Part shown: positions 1-8,009 of the stretch, one piece after another
Position numbering within the stretch: the first letter of the stretch is position 1
Layout of the letters: every line of letters starts with the position of its first letter
Source: Candidatus Eiseniibacteriota bacterium
GTDB lineage: Bacteria; Eisenbacteria; RBG-16-71-46; CAVPCR01
Length of the DNA stretch: 64,000 bases
Direction: 5' to 3'
Assembly: GCA_963823555.1 (NCBI GenBank)
Contig: CAWGMA010000001.1
Coordinates: 1,248,001-1,312,000 of the forward strand
Translations under genes and position numbers: made by a program
The notes under the pieces: generated by a model
Databases searched by the model: none
Told to the model about the DNA's origin: nothing
The model's input: the letters and a program-made list of their open reading frames with translations, nothing else

Positions 1-750
1 TGCGCTCCGGCCGTCGCCCCACAACCGATCGCTCGCCCAGGCGATGAGGTTCTGCGGGAGTGACCAGTTGGGCTGGATGTCGTCGCCCGGCCAGTAGGTG
101 ACCTGAGTGCCCTGCTCGCCGGCCGGAAGGGGCGCGATCCAGATCTCCCGATTTCCGCTCCGGTTCGACTGAAAGACGAAGCGGGCCATCGTGGGAGCGA
201 ATCCGGGCTCTGCGTCGTGAGCCTGATGCAACGTGGCAAGCGTCACCAGGATGCCGCTCATGGCGTCGTAGACCGCGATGTCCCAGCCGGCGAAGACGGT
301 GTGGCAGATGACCCAGCTCCCGGTGAACCCGGCGGTCGGTTCGAGATCGCGGCGATCGTTGTACGTGAGCCGGAGCGGCGCCCCGCCCGCTGCGGGCACG
401 CGGTAGAGCTCCTCCTGGTACTCGCTCGCAAGGGAGCTGTCGTACACGATCCACTGCCCGTCGGGTGTGAACGTGGGCCCGCCTTCGTAGACGTCGTTGA
501 ATGTGAGGCGGGTCGGATTCGAGCCGTCTGCGTTCATCACCCAGATCTCGTTCGACCCGGTGCGGTTCGAGACGAAGGCGATCCGCCCGCCGTCCGGCGA
601 CCAGGCGGGGCCGGAATCATCCGCGCTATCGAAGGTGATCTGGGTGAGCGTCACCGCGGCGACATTGCGCGGCACGAGGAAGAGGAGGAAGGCGAGAACG
701 AGAAAGGCCGCAGGAGGGCCGGCGGCCGAGGGGAGACGCCAACGCGACAT
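1..750 (-). CDS. secreted TolB-like/PD40-repeat beta-propeller protein (3' end runs off window)
   Basis: Not in ORF track. Manual translation from ATG at 750 (GGAGG upstream): signal peptide MSRWRLPSAAGPPAAFLVLAFLLFLVPRNVAA, then PD40 motifs PAWSPDGGRIAFVSNRTGSNEIWVMNADG, PTFTPDGQWIVY, FQSNRSGNREIW. Confidence 0.85.
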   Translation of the reverse strand, partial: MSRWRLPSAAGPPAAFLVLAFLLFLVPRNVAAVTLTQITFDSADDSGPAWSPDGGRIAFVSNRTGSNEIWVMNADGSNPTRLTFNDVYEGGPTFTPDGQWIVYDSSLASEYQEELYRVPAAGGAPLRLTYNDRRDLEPTAGFTGSWVICHTVFAGWDIAVYDAMSGILVTLATLHQAHDAEPGFAPTMARFVFQSNRSGNREIWIAPLPAGEQGTQVTYWPGDDIQPNWSLPQNLIAWASDRLWGDGRSA

Positions 751-884
751 CGGAGGATTCCTCCGGGCGGAGGCCGACGCGTTTCTCCTGGCTCCGGGGA
801 CGCACAGAAAGCGACCCACGCTTCTCGGAACCCGAGCCAGGCCCGCGGCATCGACCGTCGCACCTGGGTTGGAGTAGGATCTTC

Positions 885-913
885 ATGGTACGTCCAGCCG
901 GCGCCCCGGGCAA
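885..913 (-). promoter_or_regulatory. putative sigma70 promoter for the PD40 gene
   Basis: Minus strand reads TTGCCC-17 bp-TACCAT. Confidence 0.5.
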
Positions 914-1059
914 GAGATGTGCAAATGGCCTCATGCGCTGACACTTCCGCTGGCGCCGGGCTCATCGCGGCGACGCACGCCCGCTACGCCCATGCATAGG
1001 GGGCACGCCCCAGTGGCCGCCTTCGTCGGGCACTGAACGTGGTCCCAGGGGAGAGGAAC

Positions 1060-1575
1060 ATGACTCTCGGCGCCGACGATGTGATCCGGATGTTGGATCT
1101 CGTTCCGCTGCCCGGAGAAGGCGGTCTGTTCAGAGAGACCTACCGTTCTCCGCTGCGCCTGCCCGCCGCAATCCTGCCACCGCAGTACGTTGGAGAGCGC
1201 CCTGCGAGCACCGCGATCTACTATCTCCTCACCCGTGACACGTTCTCGGCCATGCACCGCCTGCGCGGTGACGAGGTGTACCACTTCTACCTGGGGGACC
1301 CCGTGGAGATGCTCCAGCTCCGGGGCGATGGCACGGGTCAGGGGGTGATCATGGGCAGCGACCTCGCCGGCGGGATGGCCCCGCAGGTCGTCGTCCCCGC
1401 GGGAGTCTGGCAGGGGACGCGGCTCCTGGATGGCGGGATCTTCGCCCTCCTTGGGACCACGATGGCGCCGGGATTCGACGCGAGGGACTTCGAGCTGGGA
1501 AACCGCGCCGAGCTTGCCCGTGGCTTCCCGGAGCACGCAGCGATGATCGCAGCCCTGACCCACGAGAATCGCTAG
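1060..1575 (+). CDS. cupin superfamily protein (DUF985/Cupin_5)
   Basis: LPGEGGLFRETYRS, STAIYYLL, FSAMHRLRGDEVYHFYLGDP, PQVVVPAGVWQG, TMAPGFD. ATG at 1060 follows GAGAGGA. Confidence 0.85.
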   Translation: MTLGADDVIRMLDLVPLPGEGGLFRETYRSPLRLPAAILPPQYVGERPASTAIYYLLTRDTFSAMHRLRGDEVYHFYLGDPVEMLQLRGDGTGQGVIMGSDLAGGMAPQVVVPAGVWQGTRLLDGGIFALLGTTMAPGFDARDFELGNRAELARGFPEHAAMIAALTHENR

Positions 1576-1605
1576 CTCGCACCGCCGCTCAGAGGCGGTG
1601 CGAGC
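1575..1605. terminator. hairpin between convergent cupin genes (possible bidirectional terminator)
   Basis: GCTCGCACCGCC-7 nt-GGCGGTGCGAGC, a perfect 12-bp stem; no U-tract. Confidence 0.5.
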
Positions 1606-1622
1606 CGGAATGACGCAGGAGA

Positions 1623-2009
1623 CTAGCCAGCCATCTTGCGCAGCATGTGGTCGATGACCTTGCTGTGCTCGTGTTGCGGGCTGAACAGAATGACCTCGGC
1701 ATCCTTGTTCACCCTTACCGTGTGCCCGGGGGGCCAGTAGAAGAGATCGCCGCTCTTGACCACTTCCTCTGCCTTGTCGGCGTACGTGACGGTGACTTCT
1801 CCCTGCAGCATGTAGCCCCAGTGTGGAGACTGGCAGAGGTCACCCTCGAGCCCCTTGAGCAGCGGCGCGATATCCGCGCCTGCGCCCAGCGAGAAGTACT
1901 CGCCGCTCATCTTGCCGTATCCGGAGGCATCGCCGAAATCCGCCTGCTGTCGGGCGGTGGCTCCCGGCGCGTCGATTCGGACCGGGACGTCGTTCTTGGG
2001 TATTCGCAT
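1623..2009 (-). CDS. small cupin-domain protein
   Basis: CQSPHWGYMLQGEVTV and GDLFYWPPGHT cupin motifs. Confidence 0.8.
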   Translation of the reverse strand: MRIPKNDVPVRIDAPGATARQQADFGDASGYGKMSGEYFSLGAGADIAPLLKGLEGDLCQSPHWGYMLQGEVTVTYADKAEEVVKSGDLFYWPPGHTVRVNKDAEVILFSPQHEHSKVIDHMLRKMAG

Positions 2010-2088
2010 CTCGTTGCTCCTTCCGGTGCCTCTGGCACCAGGAACGCATCATGGCGGGGGGACAAGGGGCGGATGGACCGGGAACCCT

Positions 2089-2649
2089 CTAGGCGCGCTC
2101 GACGAACGTGCCGTCGCGCGTGTCGACCCGCACCAGCTCGCCGGTCGTGATGTACTCGGGGACCCGGATCGTGATCCCGTTCTCGAGCTTGGCGGGCTTG
2201 GGTGACCCGGCCGCCGTCGCTCCCCTGAGCGGGGGGTCGGTCTCGATGATGCGCAGCTCGACCGTCGTCGGCAGCTCGACGCCGAGCACCTCGCTGTCAT
2301 GGAACTCGACGATCACCTTCATGTTCTCTTTCAGGAACTTGGCATCATCTCCGAGCACGGCGTCGGAAACATGGACCTGCTCGTACGTCTCGAGGTTCAT
2401 GAAGACGTAGCCTTCAGCCGGCGAATGGTACAGGTACTCCATGTTCCGCTGCTCGAGAGCCAGGGGATCGGCCTTCTCGTCGGAGCGGAAGCGGTACTGC
2501 TGCTGGTTGCCGGTACGCAGGTTGCGGAGCTTCGCATGCACGACGGCCTGGCCCTTCCCGGGCGTGACATGCGTGAGCCCGATGATGCGATGGAGGTCGC
2601 CCTCGTGCATGATGACCATTCCGACCCGGAGTTGCGTCGCCGGAATCAT
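2089..2649 (-). CDS. efp: translation elongation factor P
   Basis: HVTPGKGQA loop, YLY...YVFMNLETYEQ, KPAKLENG, VRVDTRDGTFVER; 186 aa. Confidence 0.97.
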   Translation of the reverse strand: MIPATQLRVGMVIMHEGDLHRIIGLTHVTPGKGQAVVHAKLRNLRTGNQQQYRFRSDEKADPLALEQRNMEYLYHSPAEGYVFMNLETYEQVHVSDAVLGDDAKFLKENMKVIVEFHDSEVLGVELPTTVELRIIETDPPLRGATAAGSPKPAKLENGITIRVPEYITTGELVRVDTRDGTFVERA

Positions 2650-2897
2650 GAGAACTCGTTCTCCTCTGTCATGGTGGGTGGCCGCGGCCGACTGGGCCGC
2701 GCACGCGAACGGCCGGTCCCGAGGATCCGGCCAGGGGGCGCCTCTTGGCGCCCGGGGTGCCGCTTCGAGCCGTGTTCTGACTGGGATTCACTTCTAGCAT
2801 ACCGGATGCAGAGGGGCAAGTCGGGCCCGGTGCCAACCGTTGCGGCGCCATGTCGTCGCCGGCCGGTGCGGTCTCGAGGCCGCCGCGGCGGCCTCGA

Positions 2898-2926
2898 TTG
2901 ACCACCCATGGGGGTCTTGCTAGCCT
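2898..2926 (+). promoter_or_regulatory. putative sigma70 promoter of the pur/gua operon
   Basis: TTGACC-17 bp-TAGCCT with extended -10 TG, upstream of purN. Confidence 0.6.
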
Positions 2927-2967
2927 CCGGCGTTCGGTTGCGGCCCTGCCGGCAGGAGCGGGGCCGA

Positions 2968-3005
2968 GGAATCCGGCCCGCCTGACGGAATCCGGCCCGC
3001 CTGAC
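2968..3005 (+). repeat. 19-bp perfect tandem duplication in the purN leader
   Basis: GGAATCCGGCCCGCCTGAC twice (2968-2986, 2987-3005), followed by GGA. Confidence 0.9.
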
Positions 3006-3048
3006 GGAGCATGGAGCAAACCCCCGCATCCCCGGGAACCAGCGCAGC

Positions 3049-3747
3049 ATGGAAGCACGGCTCAGACTTGGCGTCCTCGCCTCCGGACGCGGGTCCAACT
3101 TGCAGGCCATCCTCGATGTCATCGAGCGCGGCGAACTCGCCGCCGAGGTGCGCGTCGTCGTCTCCGATCGCCCGGATGCGGAGGCCCTGGCGCGCGCGCG
3201 GCGCCACGGCGTCGAGGCGGTCGTGCTCGATCCGGGCCGCTTCCGCACCCGGCTCGATGACGCCGCCGAGGAAACTCTGGTCGGGATCCTCCGCCAGCGC
3301 GAGGTCGAACTGGTCGTTCTCGCCGGGTTCATGCGGGTCCTGCACGACACGTTCCTCGGCGCGTTCGCCGGGGCGATCATCAATATCCACCCGTCGCTCC
3401 TGCCGGCATTCCCCGGTCTCGACGCGCAGGGCCAGGCCCTCGAGTACGGGGTCAAGGTCGCGGGGTGCACGGTGCACTTCGTCGATCCCGGGGGAGTGGA
3501 CGGGGGCGCCATCATCAAACAGCGCGCCGTGCCGGTGCTTCCCGGCGACACGCGCGACATCCTGGCCGAGCGTATCCTCGTCGCGGAGCATCAGCTCCTC
3601 GTCGACGTGATTGGTGACTTCGCCGCGCGGCGCGTGCGCCGCGAAGGGCGCCGGGTGTGGATCGCAGCCGAAGCGAACCACGCTCGCGGCGGCACCGGGA
3701 CGGGCCGGCAGCGCGATGCGCTCGCCGGCGGCAGTGAGTGGAGGTAA
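3049..3747 (+). CDS. purN: phosphoribosylglycinamide formyltransferase
   Basis: LASGRGSNLQA, VLAGFMR, NIHPSLLPAFPG, GCTVHFV, DGGAII. Confidence 0.96.
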   Translation: MEARLRLGVLASGRGSNLQAILDVIERGELAAEVRVVVSDRPDAEALARARRHGVEAVVLDPGRFRTRLDDAAEETLVGILRQREVELVVLAGFMRVLHDTFLGAFAGAIINIHPSLLPAFPGLDAQGQALEYGVKVAGCTVHFVDPGGVDGGAIIKQRAVPVLPGDTRDILAERILVAEHQLLVDVIGDFAARRVRREGRRVWIAAEANHARGGTGTGRQRDALAGGSEWR

Positions 3748-3749
3748 GG

Positions 3750-4721
<972 letters not shown>

Positions 4722-4751
4722 GCCTCCAACCGGGCCGAACCAGGGAGTTCC

Positions 4752-6380
4752 ATGATCACCGTTCATCCGTCAACGGCCCAGGCGGCCGCCGCCGACGTCG
4801 CGATCACGCGAGCCCTGCTCTCGGTCTACGACAAGCGCGGGCTCATCCCGCTCGGGCGCGCGCTGGCCGAGCGCGGCATCGAGATCGTGGCCACCGGAGG
4901 CACGGCCACGATCCTCGTCGAAGCTGGGCTGCCGGTCGTGCCGGTCGATGAGCTCACCGGCTATCCCGAGATGCTCGATGGCCGGGTGAAGAGCCTGCAT
5001 CCGGCGATCCATGCCGGGATCCTCTTCCAGCGCCACCTCGACGAGCACGTCAAGGACATCACCACCCATGGCATCCGCCCCATCGATCTCGTCGTGTGCA
5101 CGCTCTATCCGTTCGCCGAGGCCCGGGAGCGCGCCGCGGAGCTCGCCGAGCTCGTCGAGTTCATCGATGTCGGCGGGCCGACCATGGTGCGGGCGGCGGC
5201 CAAGAACTTCGCGCATGTCGCCGTGGTGACGGGCCCTCACCAGTACGAGCCGCTGATCGAGGAACTCGCCGCGCGCGCGGGGAAGGTGTCGGGGGCGACC
5301 CGTCTTCGCCTGGCGGCCGAGGCCTTTGCCACGCTGGCCGCCTACGACGGGGCGGTCGCGGCGAGTCTCGGCGCTCTCGCCGCGGGGTCGGATGGCGATG
5401 CGGCCGGCGAGTCGCGACCGGGCTTGCCGGCGGTGCTCGCCCTCGGCGCGCGCCGGGAGCGCGTGCTCCGCTACGGGGAGAACCCGCACCAGCGGGCGGC
5501 CTTCTACGCGGAAACGAACGACGTGGGGCTCGCGGGTGCCCGGGTCCACCAGGGCAAGGAGCTTTCGTACACCAATCTCCTCGACCTCGATGCGGCTCTG
5601 CTCGCCATGAGCGAGTTCCCGGGGGATTCCTGCGTGGTCGTCAAGCACGCGAGCCCGTCGGGGATCGCGGTCGCCCCGACTGCTGTCGAGGCCTTTCGTC
5701 TGGCCCGGGATGGCGATCCGCTCTCGGCCTTCGGCGGGGTCATCGGATCGGCGCGCCTCGTCGACGAGGAGATGGCGAACGAGATCGCCCGTGACTTCTA
5801 CGAGGTTGTCGTCGCGCCGGGCTTCACGCCCGAGGCCCTGACCCGGCTGGCCCGGAAGCCCGCCCTCAGGGTGGTCGAGCTATCGAACGAGGCTCTGGCC
5901 CGCGCCGTCCGCGCGCAGCGCCTGCGCTCGATTCTCGGCGGCTACCTGGTGCAGGAGCCCGATCTCCGCCCCGCGGGGGACTCGCTCGCAGGCGAGGTCG
6001 TGACCCGCCGCCAGCCCACCACGGATGAGCGCGCGGCGCTTCGCTTCGCGTTCAAGGTGGCCAAGCTCGTGCGCTCGAATGCCATCGTCATTGCGCGTGC
6101 GGATCGCACGCTGGGAATCGGCGGCGGCCAGGCCAGTCGCATCGACGCGGTCGAGGTGGCGGCGATGAAGGCGGCGCGCGTGGGCCACGATGTGCGCGGC
6201 GCCGTGCTCGCCTCCGACGCCTTCTTCCCGTTCCCCGATGCGGTCGAGAGCGCTGGGCGTCTTGGCCTCACCGCCATCGTCCAGCCGGGCGGATCGAAGC
6301 GCGATGCGGATTCGATCGCCGCCTGCGATCGGCTGGGGATCGCCATGCTCTTTACCGGGGAGCGGCATTTCGTCCACTGA
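4752..6380 (+). CDS. purH: bifunctional AICAR transformylase/IMP cyclohydrolase
   Basis: RALLSVYDK, GRVKSLHP, IDVGGPTMVRAAAKN, LRYGENPHQ, KHASPSG, SNAIV, ASDAFFPFPD. Confidence 0.97.
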   Translation: MITVHPSTAQAAAADVAITRALLSVYDKRGLIPLGRALAERGIEIVATGGTATILVEAGLPVVPVDELTGYPEMLDGRVKSLHPAIHAGILFQRHLDEHVKDITTHGIRPIDLVVCTLYPFAEARERAAELAELVEFIDVGGPTMVRAAAKNFAHVAVVTGPHQYEPLIEELAARAGKVSGATRLRLAAEAFATLAAYDGAVAASLGALAAGSDGDAAGESRPGLPAVLALGARRERVLRYGENPHQRAAFYAETNDVGLAGARVHQGKELSYTNLLDLDAALLAMSEFPGDSCVVVKHASPSGIAVAPTAVEAFRLARDGDPLSAFGGVIGSARLVDEEMANEIARDFYEVVVAPGFTPEALTRLARKPALRVVELSNEALARAVRAQRLRSILGGYLVQEPDLRPAGDSLAGEVVTRRQPTTDERAALRFAFKVAKLVRSNAIVIARADRTLGIGGGQASRIDAVEVAAMKAARVGHDVRGAVLASDAFFPFPDAVESAGRLGLTAIVQPGGSKRDADSIAACDRLGIAMLFTGERHFVH

Positions 6381-6417
6381 GAGAAGAGACCCAGATCGAT
6401 CCTGGGAGGAGGAACGC

Positions 6418-8004
6418 GTGGCTCAGACCGGCTCGTCAGCGGCGGTCGGGGGAGAGAAGAAGGGCGGGGTGAATACCGTGCCCATCGCCATCCTGGATTT
6501 CGGTTCGCAGTATGCGCAGCTCATTGCCCGGCGCGTGCGCGAGCGGCACGTGTACTGCGAGATCCTGCGCCACGACACGCCGCTGGCCACCCTCAGGGAG
6601 AAGGGTGTGGAGGGCATCATTCTCTCCGGAGGTCCGGCGAGCGTGCTCTCGCCCCAGGCGCCCCGGCCGGATCCCGAGATCCTTGCCTCCGGGCTCCCCA
6701 TTCTCGGTCTCTGTTACGGCATGGAGATCGTGACCCTCATGCTCGGCGGCCGCATCGAGCGGTCGACGATGCGCGAGTACGGGCTCTCCCGTCTCGAGGT
6801 CGAGAGCGAGGGCGAGGTCCTGGCCGGGCTCAAGGCGTTTCCGGCCTGGATGAGCCACGGCGATTCGGTGGTCGAGCTGCCCCCGGATCTGGTTCCACTC
6901 GGTCGCACCGGCGACTGCCGTTTCGCGGCATCCCGCCACCGGACCCGGCCCATCTTCCTCCTCCAGTTCCACCCTGAGGTGGCCCATACCGAGGACCAGG
7001 GGAAGATCCTCGACAACTTCCTGTTCCGGATCTGCCGGCTCGAACCCGGCTGGACCATGGAGAATTTCGCGGCCGCGGCGGTTCAAAGCATCAAGGCGCA
7101 GGCGCCGGAGGGGACGGCCATCTGCGCCCTGTCGGGAGGCGTCGACTCCTCGGTGGCGGCCGTCCTTGCGGCGGAGGCCCTGGGGGCGCGGCTCGTGTGC
7201 ATCTTCGTCGACCACGGGCTCCTGCGGGCCGGCGAGGCGGAGATGGTGACGCACGAGCTCGAGGAACGCTTCCATCTCAACGTGCACCACGTGGACGCCT
7301 CGAACCTCTTCCTGTCCCGGCTGGCCGGGATCGAGGATCCGGAGGAGAAACGCAAGCGCATCGGCGCCGCCTTCATCCAGGTCTTCGAGGACGAGGCGCG
7401 CCATCTCGACGATGCGCGCTATCTCGTGCAGGGGACCTTGTATCCAGACGTGATCGAATCGGCGGCGGCCGGCGGGCCGGCGGCCACCATCAAGAGTCAT
7501 CACAACGTGGGCGGGCTGCCGGAGAAGATGGGTCTCAAGCTGATCGAACCCTTGCGCGAGCTCTTCAAGGACGAGGTGCGGGCGGTGGGGCGGGTGCTCG
7601 CGATCCCCGAGTCGGTGATCGGGCGACATCCGTTCCCCGGACCGGGGCTCGCCGTGCGTGTGATCGGTCCCGTCGATCGCGAGAGCCTCGAGGTGGCGCG
7701 CCGCGCCGATGCCATCTTCATCGAGGAGCTGCGCACGAGCGGGCTCTACGATGCAGTCTGGCAGGCCTTTGCCGTACTCCTGCCGGTGAAGACGGTCGGC
7801 GTGATGGGAGACGAACGCACCTACGAAGAGGTGATCGCGCTGCGCGCCGTGAACTCCACCGACGGCATGACGGCGGACTGGGCGCGGCTGCCGGTGGATT
7901 TCCTCGGCCGCGTCGCCAATCGCATCGTGAACGAAGTCAGGGGCGTGAACCGCGTCGTCTATGACCTCTCCTCCAAGCCCCCTGCCACCATCGAGTGGGA
8001 GTGA
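6418..8004 (+). CDS. guaA: glutamine-hydrolysing GMP synthase
   Basis: ILDFGSQYAQLIARR, GLCYG, QFHPEV, SGGVDSSV, IKSHHNVGG, HPFPGPGL, SKPPATIEWE. GTG start after GGAGGAGG. Confidence 0.97.
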   Translation: MAQTGSSAAVGGEKKGGVNTVPIAILDFGSQYAQLIARRVRERHVYCEILRHDTPLATLREKGVEGIILSGGPASVLSPQAPRPDPEILASGLPILGLCYGMEIVTLMLGGRIERSTMREYGLSRLEVESEGEVLAGLKAFPAWMSHGDSVVELPPDLVPLGRTGDCRFAASRHRTRPIFLLQFHPEVAHTEDQGKILDNFLFRICRLEPGWTMENFAAAAVQSIKAQAPEGTAICALSGGVDSSVAAVLAAEALGARLVCIFVDHGLLRAGEAEMVTHELEERFHLNVHHVDASNLFLSRLAGIEDPEEKRKRIGAAFIQVFEDEARHLDDARYLVQGTLYPDVIESAAAGGPAATIKSHHNVGGLPEKMGLKLIEPLRELFKDEVRAVGRVLAIPESVIGRHPFPGPGLAVRVIGPVDRESLEVARRADAIFIEELRTSGLYDAVWQAFAVLLPVKTVGVMGDERTYEEVIALRAVNSTDGMTADWARLPVDFLGRVANRIVNEVRGVNRVVYDLSSKPPATIEWE

Positions 8005-8009
8005 CCCGG

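Noticed and set aside
2927..3048. ZTP (pfl) or purine riboswitch upstream of purN
   Set aside because: I could not recognise the conserved aptamer motifs or an expression platform; an Rfam scan would be needed to exclude it fully.
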